This document shows positions 6,751 to 14,706 of a stretch of DNA of 24,000 nucleotides, in pieces (positions within the stretch are counted from its first letter, which is position 1; each line of letters starts with the position of its first letter). The translations under genes and the position numbers were made by a program. The stretch is from Pyrodictiaceae archaeon (GTDB taxonomy: Archaea; Thermoproteota; Thermoprotei_A; Sulfolobales; WAQK01): positions 30,141 to 54,140 of the forward strand of contig WAQK01000097.1 in NCBI GenBank assembly GCA_015520265.1. The letters run 5' to 3'. A model generated the notes under the pieces. The model saw only the letters and a program-made list of their open reading frames with translations, had not been told where the DNA came from and did no database searches.

Positions 6751-8331
6751 ATGTTAGGGTGCCGAGCCTTGAAAGGGTCGGCACCCCGGATCCACCGTCC
6801 AAGGAAGCCGCAGGACCCGTTGAAGATAGACCTGGTTCTCAGCACTGACCGTTGCCTCATGAGCGACTACCATGGACACGTGTTCCTAGGCTTCCTAGCG
6901 ACAGGGCCCGTTTTGCTGCCCTTCAAACGGCTTTGGGTCGAGTTCGCCTGCCCGCCGGTGGGTGTGGATAGGCATGGCAGGCCCCTCCAGGCGCCCTATG
7001 GCCTTAGGAAGCTGGAGGCGAAGCTTCAGGAGAAGGGCTTCGAGGCATATGTGGTGGATCCCGACTTCGTGCCCTATTATGTGACCCGCGGTGCTAAGGG
7101 CCTCTTCGTGGGGCATCACGACTATTTCGCCATGGGTCCGCCCAGCAACGAGTGGTGGATGATCACTGGTAGGAAGCCGCTGAACGCCGAGAGCTTCGAG
7201 GAGTTCATCTCGTTCCCTGAGATATGGTGGGCCAAGAGGATGCGCGGGTTAAAGGTAGTTGTAGGAGGCCCTGCCGCGTGGCAGTGGCTAGTTGATCCTG
7301 CAAAGCTGGCCAAGTGGCCTGTTGACACCGTTGTTGAGGGCGAGGCCGAGCGTGTAATCGTGGAGCTGGCTGAGAGAATAGTTGATGGCGAGGAGTTACC
7401 GCGCCACGTGGTGGTAGGTCCCGGGGACACTCCCAGTGTAGAGGAGATCCCGGAGATAAGGGGTGCCAGCATCAACGGCATCGTCGAAATAATGAGAGGC
7501 TGCCCTAGAGGGTGTCAGTTCTGCTCCGTAACCCTCAGGCCGTTGAGGATGATGCCGCTCGACAGGGTGGAGAGGGAGATAACTGTTAACTTAAGGGCAG
7601 GTATACGAAACGTAGTTTTCCACTCGGAGGATGTCCTGCTTTACGGCGGCGAGGGGGTCAGACCTAAGCCTGAACCCCTCCTGCGCCTTCATAAGCTCGT
7701 TGTCAGGCACGACCTGGGCTTGGCTTGGAGCCATGCTAGCCTCGCGGCGGTGAAATATGGAGAGGAGGAGTACCGCCTAATATCAAGACTGTCAGAGATG
7801 CTGATAGACGGGGAGAACAGGAAGTTCATAGGCGTAGAGGTGGGCATAGAAACGGGTTCTCCCCCTCTTGTAAGGGCAGTTATGCCTGCTAAAAGCGCGC
7901 CTTATCCGCCTGAAATGTGGCCCGAGATCGTTGAGGACGCCTTCGCCATAATGCATGATAACAGTATCGTGCCTGCAGCCACCTTCATACTGGGCCTTCC
8001 CGGCGAGACGCCTGGGGATGTGGTGAAAACAGTGGAGCTATTGGAGAGGCTCAGGCCTTACCGCAGCATAGTCGTTCCCATGTTCTTCGTCCCTCTAGGC
8101 AAACTGGTCGGCAGGAAAGGGTTTGCGAAGGAAATGCTGCGAGAGGAGCATGTCGAGGCTCTGAGAGTGGCTCTTAGACATACATTATATTGGGCTAACA
8201 GGCTGCTCCCAGAGTATCTAAACGGCAAGAGTAGCCCGGCCCTCCGCATGCTTCTCAGACTTCTTCTGAAGGCCCTTGAGCTGAAGGCTAGGCGGGCCGA
8301 GAAGACGGTTGAACATATGCTGAGAAGGTGA
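6751..8331 (+). CDS. Radical SAM protein with N-terminal B12-binding-like/Rossmann-like domain, substrate unknown
   Basis: A single CxxxCxxC cluster motif is present (GCPRGCQFCSV) in a 526-aa protein. An N-terminal region of about 240 aa precedes the core. An ATG start at 6751 sits about 30 nt downstream of the TATA-like GAAAGATATAT (6710..6720). An alternative TTG lies at 6820 (MKIDLVLST). Confidence 0.75.
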   Translation: MLGCRALKGSAPRIHRPRKPQDPLKIDLVLSTDRCLMSDYHGHVFLGFLATGPVLLPFKRLWVEFACPPVGVDRHGRPLQAPYGLRKLEAKLQEKGFEAYVVDPDFVPYYVTRGAKGLFVGHHDYFAMGPPSNEWWMITGRKPLNAESFEEFISFPEIWWAKRMRGLKVVVGGPAAWQWLVDPAKLAKWPVDTVVEGEAERVIVELAERIVDGEELPRHVVVGPGDTPSVEEIPEIRGASINGIVEIMRGCPRGCQFCSVTLRPLRMMPLDRVEREITVNLRAGIRNVVFHSEDVLLYGGEGVRPKPEPLLRLHKLVVRHDLGLAWSHASLAAVKYGEEEYRLISRLSEMLIDGENRKFIGVEVGIETGSPPLVRAVMPAKSAPYPPEMWPEIVEDAFAIMHDNSIVPAATFILGLPGETPGDVVKTVELLERLRPYRSIVVPMFFVPLGKLVGRKGFAKEMLREEHVEALRVALRHTLYWANRLLPEYLNGKSSPALRMLLRLLLKALELKARRAEKTVEHMLRR

Positions 8332-8364
8332 GGAGGGAGATTAGGAGCCCTTCCCCTACCTATG

Positions 8365-8541
8365 TGGTGGGCCCGGGGGGATTTGAACCCCCGACCTACG
8401 GGTCTCTCCAGCCCAGCTCCAGTAATAGTTCATCCCCCGCCGGGGCGGGGTCGTCAGACCCGTAGCGTTCTACGGGTCTCCCTCCGCGGGGCTGACCCGC
8501 TCACTGGAGCCCGCCGCTCTGCCTGGCTGAGCTACGGGCCC
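8365..8541 (-). tRNA. tRNA-Trp(CCA) with a 100-nt intron at 37/38 (8404..8503), CCA encoded
   Basis: The minus strand folds as GGGCCCG-UA-GCUC/AGCCAGGCA/GAGC-G-GCGGG-CUCCAG[100 nt]A-CCCGU-AGGUC-GGGGG-UUCAAAU-CCCCC-CGGGCCC-A-CCA. The anticodon CCA is at 8507..8505. The central BHB helix pairs C32-U33-C34-C35 with the GGAG located 3 nt upstream of the 3' splice site. The 3-nt bulges are AG|U and AG|A. Confidence 0.9.
8404..8503 (-). ncRNA. tRNA-Trp intron carrying box C/D-like elements and exon-complementary segments
   Basis: The intron reads UGAGCGGGUCAGCCCCGCGGAGGGAGACCCGUAGAACGCUACGGGUCUGACGACCCCGCCCCGGCGGGGGAUGAACUAUUACUGGAGCUGGGCUGGAGAG. It has a perfect 10-bp hairpin (8479..8456). CUGA lies at 8457..8454 and GGGAUGA ends at 8430. 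Two CUGGAG copies (8422..8417 and 8411..8406) are complementary to C32-G37. Confidence 0.6.
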
Positions 8542-8580
8542 ACCAGCGGGCACCGATCATAGTAGGGGAGTGTAGGGGTC

Positions 8581-9039
8581 TTAAATGTTATCCGGATCCT
8601 CGGCCAGGCGCAGCTCCAGCTGGTTAAGCTGGGAGAGAACTTGCTCCACGTACTCGTCGATCTCGCCTGGCTCGACTCCTCTGCGCCGGGCTATGTTCTT
8701 CACTATTTTCTCCACAAGCCAGTACTTCTTGTATCTCTCATTGAGAGTTTTCCACTTGATCCCCTTGAGCGCCTCCGCGATCCTCTCATTGTAGGAGAGA
8801 ACCCCCTTCTTCATGAGCACCGCTATTATGGGATAGCCTACATAGCCTCTGTACCTAGTGCCGTTGTCGTCGCTGTAGGCAAGTCTCTTCTCGATGTCCA
8901 CCGCCACGGTGTAGGTCTTGTCGCCTAGAGAGGAGGTGACCTGGGCCTTCTTCTCGTCGAGGAGCTTGACGCGCCCATCGGCCAGGCTCCCCACGGCTTC
9001 CAGCACCTTTATGCGAGGAGGCATTTTTAGAGGCTGCAA
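8581..9039 (-). CDS. Hypothetical protein (conserved-looking, soluble, about 147-152 aa)
   Basis: It is an intact ORF with coding-like composition. The probable start is the internal ATG at 9024 (MPPRIKVLEAV). I recognise no family motif with confidence. Confidence 0.5.
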   Translation of the reverse strand: MQPLKMPPRIKVLEAVGSLADGRVKLLDEKKAQVTSSLGDKTYTVAVDIEKRLAYSDDNGTRYRGYVGYPIIAVLMKKGVLSYNERIAEALKGIKWKTLNERYKKYWLVEKIVKNIARRRGVEPGEIDEYVEQVLSQLNQLELRLAEDPDNI

Positions 9040-9092
9040 CCTATGTCAGCTCCCGTAATTAGGTTATAGTCTCTGGCGTCTAATACGGGTTG

Positions 9093-9710
9093 CTAGTCCT
9101 TCGGGTAGGCTTCCAGGATCTCCAGTCTCTCCCTATCCCTGGCTGGCAGGCCTATCGCCAGCGCCTTGATCTCCGCCGTGACTTCCTCCAGCCTTCTCCT
9201 GTACCGGGGGTAGAGCATCGGTATGGCTGTGCCTGTCCTTGAGGCCCAGAATCTGTGCAGCCCTACAGGTATGAATAGTGAGAGTAAGCCTAGGGCTGAG
9301 AGAAGCATGCCCGCCATGCTAAGACCTGCAACCGCTACAAAGAGTCCCAAGGCGATGAGTATGAAGGACCTCGTCAGGGCTAGCTGTGCCGCCTTGACCT
9401 TCCTCAGGAGGATCTGCCTTTCTATCACCAGGTTGAGCACCTGGTCGACGGCATCCCTGTGTCTGGAGGGCTCCCTGTATACGTATGGGGCAAGTCTGCT
9501 GAGCAGCTCCTCATACCTCTCCGGCACAATGAGATAGGTTGTGCCGTCACTGTAGGGCGCTAGGACTATCTTGGAGGTCAGCCCCACCTTGTAGATGTAG
9601 AGCCTGCCGGCCCGGCGGGGCCTCGCGTTCTTTCCCAGTGACCTCACATATTCCTCCACAATGCCCTTAATTTCATCGAAACCGCCCCTCAGCCAGATGC
9701 CACTGGGCAT
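9093..9710 (-). CDS. Hypothetical membrane protein (two central TM helices)
   Basis: The 205-aa product has a soluble N-terminal domain. A hydrophobic hairpin follows (FILIALGLFVAVAGLSMAGMLLSALGLLSLFIPVGL), then a charged C-terminal tail. No family is recognised. Confidence 0.5.
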   Translation of the reverse strand: MPSGIWLRGGFDEIKGIVEEYVRSLGKNARPRRAGRLYIYKVGLTSKIVLAPYSDGTTYLIVPERYEELLSRLAPYVYREPSRHRDAVDQVLNLVIERQILLRKVKAAQLALTRSFILIALGLFVAVAGLSMAGMLLSALGLLSLFIPVGLHRFWASRTGTAIPMLYPRYRRRLEEVTAEIKALAIGLPARDRERLEILEAYPKD

Positions 9711-9752
9711 CGACGGGGCCCGGAAAATAGTTGGTTCAGGAGGGGTAAAAGG

Positions 9753-10652
9753 CTACTCTCTCTTGTAGGGCCTACCTATATGGGCCGGCGGCCTCGACAC
9801 GCCTATGAACCCTGCTACCACTACCAGCGTGGCTATGTATGGCAGAGTGTTGAGCAGGCTTATGGGGACTACAGCCTTGATCTCGGGGATTATCTTCAGC
9901 CACTCCGCTGCAGTCCACGTTATGCCGAAGAGGGCCCCGCCTGCAAGGGCTAGGAGCGGGTTCCAGTTGGCGAAGTTGACGAGAGCTAGAGCTATGAAGC
10001 CCCTGCCAGCCGAGAGCTCCTTGGTTATGCTTGACAGCCAGTCTATGCTGAGGAAGGCCCCAGCCAGCCCTGCCAGCGCAGCCCCGTAGACTGTGGCCAC
10101 TGTCTGGACCAGCTCCACGTTGACGCCGACCACGTCGGCCGCTTCGGGGTTCTCGCCCACAGCCCTGATCTTCCTCCCGTAGCCGGTGTTGTTGAGCATG
10201 TAGTGGGTGGCCACGGCTATGAGTACTGTTAGCAGGAACACCGGGCTTATCCTGAGCAGCGGGAGGGCTGGTACCTTAGCCTCGGGAGGTACGGTATGGT
10301 ATCCCCTGACATGCCACACAGCCTCTATGCCGAAAGGCACCAGGCCCAGTGCCAGGAGGTTCACGCCCAGCCCGCTGATTATCTGGTCCCCCTTAAGGTA
10401 GTTGGAGATCATGCTGTGTATAACACCTATAAAGGCCCCGAGCACCGTCCCAGCAGCAAGGCCCAGCCAGGGATTGCCGGTCACCTCTGCCACGTAGACG
10501 GCTATGAAGGCGGAGAGCAGCATTATGCCCTCTAGGCCGATGTTAACCACGCCCGCCTTCTCGGTAACTATCTCGCCTATCGCCGCCAGCACTAGGGGCG
10601 TCATGGCATAGGTTGTCTGCCTGGCTATCTCGACGATTGCCCCGATATCCAC
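9753..10652 (-). CDS. ABC transporter permease (BMP/nucleoside-type uptake system, second permease)
   Basis: It is a polytopic hydrophobic protein of the BPD_transp_2 type (GVVNIGLEGIMLLSAF). Its start overlaps the stop of the upstream permease at 10652. Confidence 0.85.
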   Translation of the reverse strand: MDIGAIVEIARQTTYAMTPLVLAAIGEIVTEKAGVVNIGLEGIMLLSAFIAVYVAEVTGNPWLGLAAGTVLGAFIGVIHSMISNYLKGDQIISGLGVNLLALGLVPFGIEAVWHVRGYHTVPPEAKVPALPLLRISPVFLLTVLIAVATHYMLNNTGYGRKIRAVGENPEAADVVGVNVELVQTVATVYGAALAGLAGAFLSIDWLSSITKELSAGRGFIALALVNFANWNPLLALAGGALFGITWTAAEWLKIIPEIKAVVPISLLNTLPYIATLVVVAGFIGVSRPPAHIGRPYKRE

Positions 10653-11713
10653 TACCCACCACCCCTGGTTAGCCTGGTTTTAAGGAGCCTCAGGAGGCCG
10701 GGCACGGCTAGCGCGATAATTATGACGCCCTGGACGGCCTTGACCATCTCGAGGGGGACACCGGCGACTATCTGCATGCCTCTCGCGCCCGCCGTGAGGC
10801 CTCCCACGAATATTGCTGCGGGGATTATTCCGAGTGGGTGGTTAGCCCCTATAAGCGAGACCGTTATCCCGTCGAAGCCGTAGCCGAACAGGTTGGAGAG
10901 ACCTGTCGTTATAGCGTAGTGGGGTGGGCGGCCAGCGATCTCGCAGACGCCAGCGAGGCCCGCGGCTATGCCTCCTATTATGAAGGACCACAGCACGGCT
11001 CGCTCCGGATTTATGCCGCCGTATCTGGCTGCCCTAGGATTCATACCTGTTGCTCTGATCTCGTAGCCGAGGACCGTGTGCCAGAGCAGGTAGTATGACA
11101 ACAGTGTAACCACAACTGCCAGCACTATGGAGGCCGTCAACTCCGTCCCCTTCAAGAGGATGGGAAGTCTTCCGGGTTCGGGCATCTCTATGGTTTTGGA
11201 CGGATCCCTAGGATTAGGGAGCAGGTCGACCCTTGTATACTCGACGACCCAGAAGGCGATCCAGTTGAGCATTATGGTTGATACGACCTCGTTGACCCCC
11301 TTGTAGGCCTTCAGTACGCCGGCAATGGCGCCCCAGAGAGCGCCGAGCAGGGAGCCGAACAGTATAGCAAGCGGCAAGTAGAGTGGGCCTGGCAGGCTCA
11401 TGGCTGCGACGAGGACCGCGCCAAGGGCACCTACGTACATTTGGCCCTCGGCACCAATGTTGAACACTCCAGCCCTGACACCGACAGCGAATGTTATGGC
11501 TGTGAACATTATGGGTGCTGAGAAGCTTAGTGTCATGGCGAGGTTGTAGGGGTCGGTGGTTAGGATGGATGTTCCCAGCATAGCTCTATACGCTTTGATC
11601 GGGTCATAGCCTCCCAGCCACATTATGACGCCGGAGATGGCGAAGCCTGCTATGAGGGCCACCATGATCTCGGCAAACCTGTAGAGGCTCTCAATCAGTT
11701 TCTGCCTCTCCAC
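10652..11713 (-). CDS. ABC transporter permease (BMP/nucleoside-type uptake system, first permease)
   Basis: It is a polytopic protein with the GVFNIGAEGQMYVGA motif typical of this permease family. It sits in an operon between the ATPase and the second permease. Confidence 0.85.
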   Translation of the reverse strand: MERQKLIESLYRFAEIMVALIAGFAISGVIMWLGGYDPIKAYRAMLGTSILTTDPYNLAMTLSFSAPIMFTAITFAVGVRAGVFNIGAEGQMYVGALGAVLVAAMSLPGPLYLPLAILFGSLLGALWGAIAGVLKAYKGVNEVVSTIMLNWIAFWVVEYTRVDLLPNPRDPSKTIEMPEPGRLPILLKGTELTASIVLAVVVTLLSYYLLWHTVLGYEIRATGMNPRAARYGGINPERAVLWSFIIGGIAAGLAGVCEIAGRPPHYAITTGLSNLFGYGFDGITVSLIGANHPLGIIPAAIFVGGLTAGARGMQIVAGVPLEMVKAVQGVIIIALAVPGLLRLLKTRLTRGGG

Positions 11714-11719
11714 GGTTAT

Positions 11720-13243
11720 TCACCCTCCTGCCAGTCTATAGCCTCCCATCATCATTCCTATCTGCTCCCTCGTCAGCTCCTCTGGCCTCGCGATACCCAT
11801 GAACTCGCCCTCGTACATGACCGCTATCCTGTCGCTAAGCTGAAGTACCTCGTCCAAGTCTGCCGACACCAGTAGCACTGCTTTTCCACGCGTCCGCATG
11901 TCTACAAGCAGCTTCCTGATGTACTCGGTGGCAGCTACGTCGAGCCCTCTGGTCGGCTGTGCCGCCACTATGAGTTTAGGCTCCTTGCTTAGCTCTCTGC
12001 CGACCACGAGTTTCTGTTGGTTCCCTCCACTGAGGCTCCTGACCGGCGCATCTAGGCTCGGCGCAACTACTGCAAATCTCTCTATGATTTGGGACGCGTG
12101 CCTCCTGATGCTGGACCATAACAGGTTGTAGAACTTGCCCATGAAGCGCCTGCCCCTCTGAACACCTAGGATAGAGTTTTCGGCCACGTTCATGTCCAAC
12201 ACTAGTCCCAGCCCCTGCCTATCCTCGGGTATGTGGCCTAGACCCATGCGGTAAAGCTTGGAGGGTGGGAACCCCGTGACGTCGCGGCCTTCGAGCAGGA
12301 TCCGTCCCTTCTCAGGCCTCCTCAGGCCCGTTATGGCTTGGATGAGCTCGCTCTGACCGTTACCCTCAACGCCAGCTATACCGAAGATCTCGCCAGCCTT
12401 AACGGTGAATGAAACCCCCTTAACGGCCCACTCGCCCAGGTCGTTCCTCACCCAGAGGTCCCTAACTTCTAGGATGGGCTCCCCGGGTTCTCTGGGTGGC
12501 TTGGATACCGTGAAGACAACCTCCCTGCCAACCATCATCTTGGCCAGTTGCTGTGGTGTAGCCTTGGACGTCTCCACCACGCCTACAACCCTGCCGTTGC
12601 GCAGCACCGTAACCCTATCGGTGACCTCCAGCACCTCTCTCAGCTTGTGGGTGATGAAGATCACTGTTTTGCCCTGGTTCTTGAGCCTCCGCAACGTCTC
12701 GAAGAGCTCGTCGGTCTCCACAGGGGTCAGGTTGGTTGTAGGCTCGTCGAGTATGAGGACATCGACGTTCCTGTAGAGCATCTTCAGGATCTCGGCCCTC
12801 TGCCTAACCCCGAAGGGCAGGTTCTCGATCCTGACGTCAAGCGGCACTTTTAGCCCCGTTTCCTCCATCAGTTTTTCTATCCGTAGCCTAGCGTCGCCCT
12901 CTGCTTTCAGGCCGAGGACTATGTTTTCATAAACAGTGAAGACCTGAACCAGCGCCAAGTGCTGATGCACCATGCCTATACCCATCTTGAGGGCTTCCGA
13001 GGCGCTCTTGAAGGAGACTTTCCTGCCATTAACCCATATTTCGCCGCTGGTGGGTCTCAGTAGCCCGGAGAGTATCTTCATAAGCGTGGTCTTGCCAGCC
13101 CCGTTCTCACCGAGGAGCCCATGTATCTCGCCTCGCCGCACATAGAAGTCTACGCCTCTCAGGGCGACAGTACCGTCGGGGTATATCTTGGTTATTCCCC
13201 GCATCTCTATAAGGTGCTCCGCGCCCCTGGAGCCTGCGGCCAA
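11720..13243 (-). CDS. ABC transporter ATP-binding protein, duplicated ATPase domains
   Basis: It has Walker A GENGAGKTTLMKILSG, Walker B VLILDEPT and a second-domain signature LSGGNQQK with Walker B LLVSADLDE. The tandem-cassette architecture is typical of sugar/nucleoside (BMP-associated) importers. The true start may be the internal Met before RGITKIY (about 13204). Confidence 0.9.
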   Translation of the reverse strand: MAAGSRGAEHLIEMRGITKIYPDGTVALRGVDFYVRRGEIHGLLGENGAGKTTLMKILSGLLRPTSGEIWVNGRKVSFKSASEALKMGIGMVHQHLALVQVFTVYENIVLGLKAEGDARLRIEKLMEETGLKVPLDVRIENLPFGVRQRAEILKMLYRNVDVLILDEPTTNLTPVETDELFETLRRLKNQGKTVIFITHKLREVLEVTDRVTVLRNGRVVGVVETSKATPQQLAKMMVGREVVFTVSKPPREPGEPILEVRDLWVRNDLGEWAVKGVSFTVKAGEIFGIAGVEGNGQSELIQAITGLRRPEKGRILLEGRDVTGFPPSKLYRMGLGHIPEDRQGLGLVLDMNVAENSILGVQRGRRFMGKFYNLLWSSIRRHASQIIERFAVVAPSLDAPVRSLSGGNQQKLVVGRELSKEPKLIVAAQPTRGLDVAATEYIRKLLVDMRTRGKAVLLVSADLDEVLQLSDRIAVMYEGEFMGIARPEELTREQIGMMMGGYRLAGG

Positions 13244-13305
13244 CCTTATCGGACCAGAAAACCGGTTGTGTGGAGCGATAAAAAAGAATTGAGGTGCCGG
13301 GAAGG

Positions 13306-14607
13306 CTAGCCTGTGGGCACGCCTAGCTGCTGCCTTATCTGCTTTATCTCATCGCTGTCCAGAGGTATCTTAGCCGCTATGTCTGAGAACTTGAGGCCGT
13401 CAACCGCGACGTCAGGATTAGTCTTGAGGGTCTCAGCCAGTTTGTCGACCTCCTCCCAGATCCAGCTGGGTATAGCCTCTCTCATGGCCTTGACCTTGTC
13501 GATTATCTGCTGCTTCTCAGCCTCCTTCACTGTGCCAGCCTGTATGCCGAGCTCCAGGAAGGTTTCCAGGTCCTCAAGCTTGCTTATGGCCACGCCTCCC
13601 TCCTTCAGACCCAGCTCGAGGATGCCGCCGAACTTGTCGATCTTCTTCTGATAGTAGTCGAGCGCCCTCTTCACCGCAGTGTAGACGCCCACGTCGACCC
13701 TCTTCATCATGCTGGCCACTATAAAGCCTGGTTTGATGTAGTCCTGGTCAGCGTCGACACCTATGGCGAAGGGCGGCCCCATGTCCTTGCCCTCCTGCTT
13801 CGCCTTCTCCTCAACTGCCTCGAATATTCCTAGGCCGGTAGCGCCGGCCACGTTGTAGACAACGCAGGCACCCTGGGCCAGCTGTGCCTGGGTTGCCGTC
13901 TTACCCTTGGCCGGGTCGTTGAAGGCGCCGGTGTAGGTCCACAGGACATTGAGGCTCACGTCCTGTCCAGTATGCTGCTTGTAGACCTGTTCGCCGTACC
14001 TTATGCCCCAATAGTAGCCGGCCTCGAACTTGTAGAGCACCGGGATCTCCATGCCCAGCACCACTCCGACAGCGCTACAGCCGTAGTTGGCTGCCACCAT
14101 AGCTGCCAGCGCGCCGACCAGCGCACTGCCTTCGTGTTCCTTGAACAGGACACTCAGCACGTTGGGTTTGTCGGGAATGTAGCCGTCTATGATGGCGAAG
14201 AGCTGGTCAGGATACTCCTGTGCTGTCTGGTTGACGGCGTCGGTCATGAGGAAGCCCACGGCTACGATGAGGAGGTATTCGCCGGACCTGGCTAGGGTTC
14301 TAAGGTTGGGCAGATAGTCGGACTCCGACTTGCTCTGGACCTCAACTAGCTCGAGGCCGAACTCGTCGGCAGCTCTCTTGGCACCCAGGTACGCCATGTC
14401 GTTGAAGCTCAGGTCGCCCCTGCCGCCTATGTCGTATACGACGGCGATCTTCTTAGGTATCGCTGGCGCCGAGGTTGTAGTAGTCTCCGCAGGGCCTCCG
14501 CGTAGCAGGAAGAGGGCGGCTCCAGCGGCGAGCACAACAAAAACCACTATGAGCAGGGCTGCGGTCTTGGATAATGCTCTCTTCAACCCACTCTTCACAG
14601 GGCTCAA
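13306..14607 (-). CDS. BMP-family (PnrA/Med-like) ABC substrate-binding protein, membrane-anchored
   Basis: It has an N-terminal hydrophobic anchor and a Thr-rich linker (PAETTTTSAP). The BMP signature VVYDIGGRGDLSFNDMAYLGAKRA follows. Confidence 0.85.
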   Translation of the reverse strand: MSPVKSGLKRALSKTAALLIVVFVVLAAGAALFLLRGGPAETTTTSAPAIPKKIAVVYDIGGRGDLSFNDMAYLGAKRAADEFGLELVEVQSKSESDYLPNLRTLARSGEYLLIVAVGFLMTDAVNQTAQEYPDQLFAIIDGYIPDKPNVLSVLFKEHEGSALVGALAAMVAANYGCSAVGVVLGMEIPVLYKFEAGYYWGIRYGEQVYKQHTGQDVSLNVLWTYTGAFNDPAKGKTATQAQLAQGACVVYNVAGATGLGIFEAVEEKAKQEGKDMGPPFAIGVDADQDYIKPGFIVASMMKRVDVGVYTAVKRALDYYQKKIDKFGGILELGLKEGGVAISKLEDLETFLELGIQAGTVKEAEKQQIIDKVKAMREAIPSWIWEEVDKLAETLKTNPDVAVDGLKFSDIAAKIPLDSDEIKQIRQQLGVPTG

Positions 14608-14679
14608 CCCCCTTAGGGCTAAAATAGTTCGAGGCTACAGTGATATTTAATGTTTCATTTAAACCGGCACATCAACAAC

Positions 14680-14706
14680 GGAGTGGAGGGAAAAGTTTTC
14701 CACTCC
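14680..14706 (-). terminator. Hairpin overlapping the stop codon of the ACT-V4R gene (terminator-like)
   Basis: GGAGTGGA (14680..14687) and TCCACTCC (14699..14706) form an 8-bp stem that G-U pairs could extend. On the minus strand the loop reads AAACUUUUCCC, which includes a U4 run. The element lies between the ACT-V4R stop and the TATA-like ATTAAATAT (about 14641..14650, minus) of the BMP gene. Confidence 0.3.

Noticed and set aside
6751-8331. Radical SAM protein as the tetraether lipid synthase (Tes/GDGT-MAS)
   Set aside because: The size is similar, but I see only one Cys cluster motif and too few other cysteines for the additional metal clusters described for that enzyme. This cannot be settled without a search.
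8362-8562. ORFs laid over tRNA genes (8362..8562+, 4321..4521-, 4396..4578+, 23790..23996+)
   Set aside because: These regions fold into complete cloverleaf tRNAs with introns, so the ORFs are artefacts.
14680-14706. GGAGTGGA...TCCACTCC inverted repeat as an ORB/mini-ORB element
   Set aside because: It is a single copy that overlaps a stop codon and is well placed to be a transcript 3' hairpin. It was treated as terminator-like instead.
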